A stretch of DNA of 64,000 nt from Albugo candida. Lineage: Eukaryota. Below are positions 58,794 to 64,000 of the stretch, one piece after another. Positions within the stretch are counted from its first letter, which is position 1. Each line of letters opens with the position of its first letter. Below the pieces are notes generated by a model. The model was not told the DNA's origin and did no database searches. It worked only from the letters and a program-made list of their open reading frames with translations. The DNA lies in contig JBDOQK010000054.1 in the NCBI GenBank assembly GCA_040437565.1, positions 186,001-250,000 of the forward strand. The letters run 5' to 3'. The position numbers were made by a program, and so were the translations under genes.

Positions 58794-61008
58794 ATGATTA
58801 TAAAATGGTTTACTATCACCTTTTTCTCTGTTGTTTCACGGTCATTTTATGGAAATAATGAGTCCTTTGCGAAGACCATTGAACCTGAAAGCTCTTCCAT
58901 AGTGAGACACGATGCAGAGAAGCCTTCAACTTCTATGGTCTCTAGTTTAAGCAATTCACATCGATCAACTGCAAATATCGATCATACTATAGACGTGTTC
59001 CCTGTACCAACTAAACAAACTCCACCAGTGTCAGATACAGAGTCAAATAATGTTATCAATCACGTTGAAACACAGCTTCAGATATTACAAATTTTAGAGA
59101 CTAACGTTGCTACAAGTATCGAGAAAATGCAAAGTGATGTTTTACTACAAGTGCAAGACCAGCAATCGCTCCACGAAGCAACAAAACTCTTTCGAGAGCT
59201 GCACATTGTACAGGTACCCCCTTCTATTCCATCTTGACAAGCTTTATTTCTATAAATTCCTTTTTATTGAAGAACAATTTGCAAAAGCTTGCAACAGGAC
59301 TGAACGAAACTCTATTTGATATGCAAGTGGTAGAAAAAAACAGCGAGAAAAAATCTCAACAATTACAAAGTGTATTGGATCATCAAAGAGAAGAACAGGA
59401 AGACGCTTTCATTGAAGAAAATGGTATCAAAGTGATCGACTACGAAACAGGCCAACTCCAAAATATCACCGGTTTATCAAGCACCAAGTCAAAAAAACTG
59501 AAAGATGTTGATCCAGCGGTATGTTCGCAAAAAGATTGTGAAATAAGCTCATAATGAATGTGTAGGTCCTTCACTATGACTTTGAGCTTTTGGGGCAAAT
59601 CGCGGTGCTACTTGGAATCTCGGCGATCGGTGGCATTTGTGCCACATATTTCAACATCCCGCCTCATACTGGTTATCTGCTTGGCGGCGTGCTGGTGGGT
59701 CCTTCTTGCTTGGGAATCGTACATAACTACAAAGAAGTTGAAACCATTTCCTTATTTGGTTCCATCTTCTTGCTTTTCGGACATGGGACAGGATATATCC
59801 TACAAAGGCCACGGGTCTTGAAAATGTATCTGATCGGAAGTTCAGCTTACGTGGTTGCTACTATTGCAACTGTTGCGATTTTGATGTCTTTTATCGGATG
59901 GACGGAGTCAATTTTGCAAGGAATTATCATCGGAGTGGCAGTGTGCTTTACTACGACAGCTCCAATCTACGAGAGATTGCGAGCCAATGAGGTTCATGAT
60001 ACTTCCTTCGGACGAGTAAGATCTACAGACTCATATCCGCGGAGTGTGCCCTAAGAATTGTATTCGTATTAGACTATCACGTCAATCATCGCCTTGCAAG
60101 ATGCACTAATGAGTTTTGCACTTGGTGCACCCGAGTGGTTCTCAGTCAAATCCTTCAGCTTGGTCAGCATAGCGGCAATACGGTCCATTTTTTCGTATGG
60201 AATCGTTGTATCCGTGTCCTACATGCTGCACACTCGTGTTCTTCCACCTTTAATGCAATTTTTGGTTGATATGGAGCGCTTGCATCATTCACCTTTGGTA
60301 TTGCTTGGAGTCGTTAGTGTATGTCTCTTTATGGCCTTGCTCACTGAGTTTCTCGGACTCTCTTTAGAATGTGGAGCTTTTCTAGCTGGTCTCACCTTTA
60401 TGGAGAACACAGCTCGAAGCACAAATATGCAAAAGGCGATTGCATCCATTCGTGTCATCGAAAATCTATTTGGCAGCATGTTTTTCGCATGTGTTGGGAT
60501 GATACTAAATCCGAGCTTTTTGATCCGTAATGCATGCGAAATAATCAGTTTGGTTACTTTGATTGTGGGAATAAAAACAGTTTGCACCACTGCGGTCATG
60601 CGATTCTACAAAGTTTCCTTCAGAAAAGCATTGATTGCAGGCGTCAGTCTTTGCCAGATTGGAGAATTATCACTAATCTTCATGATCAAAGCGCACTCTT
60701 CCCATCTCGTCACACGTCGGTTTTATTTACTTTTCATTGCAGCCATTGCAGTATTCTTGGGATGTTCATCTTTATTCGAGCGACAAATTGTGCTGGCTAG
60801 AAAAAAAAAATTGTTCCGACTTCCAGCCACAGATGCGAGGAACCAAAAAGTACCAGTTCTACCAAGAAAATCAATCGATTCCAAGCATGAAAAGAACGAT
60901 AAGGCCACCTCGCCTTCAGTCATCAAGCGAGATGATACTGTGGAGAGTAGAAGACCCAAGAGTTGTATGCACGCTTCCAGTGTCAAGCCTCAGAATACCT
61001 TCAGATAA
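58794..61008 (+). CDS. CPA2 K+/H+ antiporter (KEA4-6/TMCO3-like), multi-exon
   Basis: IPPHTGYLLGGVLVGPSCLG..EVETISLFGSIFLLF.HG, LQD, GLSLECGAFLAG, FFACVGM, LCQIGE; N-terminal signal-like segment and coiled coil. Confidence 0.88.
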
Positions 61009-63313
61009 TGCCGATGGGTTTTGGGTCAAAGTGGTCTTATCTGTTCCATCATTGTCTCGGATTTTTGTTGCTGACTCGGAAGCAATTTTCGAACATTCTT
61101 CTGGAACCTGGTAGGCAACTTCCAATTCATGCTCTTCTTGATTCTGGTCGACTTGCGTCTGCGAAAACTCGACTCTATGCTTCTCTCGGCATAATCTATC
61201 GATCAAGTAGGAAAAAGTGTCTCGTGTGTCTTGGTCTGTAAATTCTAAATGAATGGCATTTTGTGAAGATTTTAAAGATAATAAGCATGAAGTAGAAGGC
61301 TTCGCGTTACTGAGGTATTTTCTTCTCTCTGTTGGCGAGCACAACAACCTGTTTTGTGTAATTGTATCTCGACCAGACGTTTCTACGTCAAGTGATGGGT
61401 TCCCAATCTGAATTTGAGTGATGTTTACCAGTTCTACGGAACTCTGAGGCCGTTCGGGAGCTCGAGTTTGATCTTGTGCTGCCACTGGGTCATTATTTTG
61501 GACAAAGTCACCCGCCAGAGCCAACGGGATATCATTAGTCCACCAGATGTGCTTCCTAGCGTGTGTGATTGTTTCTCTGATGCTTAGGGATGAATGCAGT
61601 GATAAAGAGGAGCCGGACCAAGTAGATTTTTCTCTCGAAGGAGGGCAGGGATCCTCGACAAGGTTGACGATCTTTGATCTGGGTTTTCTCTGAATCTGGA
61701 ATCCTTCCAAATCATTCAAACGACGTAGAGCTGGATGGAGATGGGAGAACGGATGCAGCTTGCTTCCTTCATGCGGTTTGCTATAGATGGGCTTACTCAA
61801 GTTTTCATTACCCAAAGTGGATGGTAGACGTCGGAAAAAGCTGCTTAAGGCGCGCCTACTACACAATCTAAACGCTTCAAATTTCGGAGTCTTCCTTACC
61901 CAGCGCAAGGTGCTCCCATCTGCAGATAAGAATATCTTTGTGCGGAAGCTCTCTCTATCTTCATGTTTTATGGTGTTGATTCCATATCCCTTCTCTGGGC
62001 CATATTCAGTAGCACGTAGTTTCTTCTCCAACACACTTGCAAGTTTCTCTTTTCTCTTTTGATTCTGAATGGACCGGCTTTCGAGAAGCTTGGCCTTGCT
62101 CTTGTCCAGCATTTCTTTTCCGTTAACAATCCAAGGATGCGAGACTAAATCACTCGTTTTAGGTCGCTTTGTTGGATCGACCTGTAACATTTCAGCCAGC
62201 TATATATACAGTATGAACAGCGTGTCGGTCTCACTTCATGTTGATGTCACTTACCAGTTCCCGGATTCTCGGATCGATGTGAATCCAGTCCTTACTCGGG
62301 AAACGTAATCCAAAGTTATGGGCTCGAAGTTGCGACAATTTCATGGGAAAAGGAGGGTACCCACTGAGTATGATGTAGATCACCACGCCAAGACTAAAAA
62401 TGTCCACCTCAATGCCATAAAGCTTTCCATCCAAAATCTCAGGGGCTGCATAACCCGGTGTGCCACAAGAATCAGCCGACAGCTCTCCAACTGTCTTAAG
62501 ACGTTTTGCGAATCCGAAATCACATAATTTGACGCCACATTCTCTATGTATAAGAACATTCTCAGGTTTTATATCGCGATGAATGATTGCGTTGGTGTGG
62601 CAATAATGGAGCGCATGAACAAGTCCAGCGGCAATTTTCTGGGCTTCTATAGGTGTGACTTTGCCCCGTTTCACAACACGATCAAATAGATCACCATGCT
62701 CCACAAGTTCCATCACCATGTAGCATTTTGTATCATCTTCAATGACGTCATAAAGTTTCATTATGTGTTCATGATCTACATATCGAAGTACCTCGATTTC
62801 GTGTCGTAAGGCTAAGCGATCAATTGGCGATAAGCTGAGTTTATCTACAATCTTACAAGCAAACGATTCGCCACTCATTCGATGTATTACTCTTTTTACA
62901 GTTGAGTAAGAGCCGGCTCCGATATGTTTGATGATTGAATACTCTTGATGGAAACTCAATAAAGATTTCTCATCTTGTCTGTGCATTGGTGGAGCGCTGG
63001 AGCAACGTTGAATCAATGACATCTTAGAATCCACGATCTTCGCTACCGCTAAATTGTCGATTCTTTCATCATTTGCTGGATTTTGGCACCTTTCAGCCAT
63101 CACGTCAACTTTTCCTTCATAGTTGTTATCACTGATTCCAGACGACGATTGATTTTCACTCTTGCCGTTTTTCCACTTGAGGAGATGCCGTAAGCGGAAG
63201 CGAGAGCTACTACTTGAGACACCTCGACGGGCTGTGTGATCACTGTTGCACTGATTTCGTCTAGTGGGGCAGAATTGGTCCGGTTCACCACTTATACATC
63301 GTGTAAATACCAT
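60916..63313 (-). CDS. CAMK-family kinase with long C-terminal extension (possibly split PH-like); intron ~62200-62252
   Basis: GAGSYSTV, FACK, HRDIKPEN, DFG, CGTPGYAAPE; spliced to MLQVDPTKRP. Confidence 0.92.
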
Positions 63314-63518
63314 TTTGCTTGTGCTAAAGAATTAATGAAACCAAATGGAAGTTATGACTATTTAAATACTCTGTGGCATTTTAATTCAAAAATATCTGGC
63401 TAATCGAGCAGTTTCAAATATCGCACGAGATCCGGTTCCGAGTGTTGTGTACACCACGAAAATCGTCAATTTGTTTGTTGTAACGTGGCTCAGATTAAAG
63501 TGCGACGAGCTTCATATT

Positions 63519-64000
63519 TAATGGGCGACCACTTCATCATCGAAAGCATCCGCTGAGCTATTTCTTAGAACGAACTGAACCGCAGAGTCTTTCGAAGCCT
63601 TCTCCATTGATGTTTTGCTGAATGTATGGACACTATATATGTTGTAGACTGGTTGATTTTTTACTTGAATAGGTGAAAATCAGTACCTGAGATCATTGAA
63701 AGCAGATTCGTATTGAAAATAGTGAGGATCGCTTTCTGGTACATCGAAATCGAGTGACATCTCGCTTGTATAAAAGAGCATAGCGATAATCGCGGATTGA
63801 CGCCGTTCTGATGTCTTCATGATACTAGTGTTGTATGTCCTGAAACTATAAGTCAAGAGTTTAGAGTGTTCTAAATTCGTCCTAGCCAAATTGAATCGAT
63901 ACCTGTTGCCAATAATCACAATATTATCGATACAGCGGCATGTGAGATTTGCAACAAGCGTATTATGATATAATAGCCTCCCACAATGTGGCATGATAAA
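63519..64000 (-). CDS. Possible 3' exons of a gene that starts beyond the window
   Basis: Short coding-like segments (..DFDVPESDPHYFQYESAFNDL; ..DSAVQFVLRNSSADAFDDEVVAH*) separated by plausible GT-AG introns. Confidence 0.35.

Noticed and set aside
1-64000. CRISPR arrays, rRNA/tRNA genes, prokaryotic operons, RXLR-dEER or LFLAK effectors
   Set aside because: None seen by eye; the sequence is intron-containing eukaryotic DNA. A tRNA/ncRNA scan was not possible.

Overview
Eukaryotic draft-assembly scaffold. Gene content, short (~50-80 nt) GT-AG introns and very compact spacing point to an oomycete, plausibly an Albugo-like biotroph (inference; not provable from this window). Many 100-N gaps have duplicated flanks, i.e. 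unmerged contig overlaps. About 1-19 kb is gene-sparse and rearranged: a decayed Ty1/copia element, a GH31 glucosidase II pseudogene split into two pieces in swapped order, a Myb fragment abutting a secreted-protein pseudogene, several local duplications, and four copies (three broken, one cut by a gap) of a secreted protein family. About 19.7-64 kb is gene-dense housekeeping sequence: Ser/Thr kinase, ZMAT5, SAR1, kinesin, TMEM94, double-AAA ATPase, proteasome beta1, LRR-TKL receptor kinase, CWC2, Pho88-ankyrin, SEC20, aspartyl aminopeptidase, PX-OTU, MPI, APC permease, KEA/TMCO3 antiporter and a CAMK. A fifth, apparently intact family member sits at 44.5-45.9 kb. The best novelty candidate is this five-member family: signal peptide, then an (H/Q)YMxL motif, then a ~340-aa body that aligns by eye with the pepsin (A1) fold but has both catalytic DTG/DSG motifs destroyed. 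Two members end in a CaaX-like CAIC. I read it as a candidate effector family of secreted pseudo-aspartic proteases under birth-and-death evolution. All family assignments come from motif reading by eye; no database search was run.
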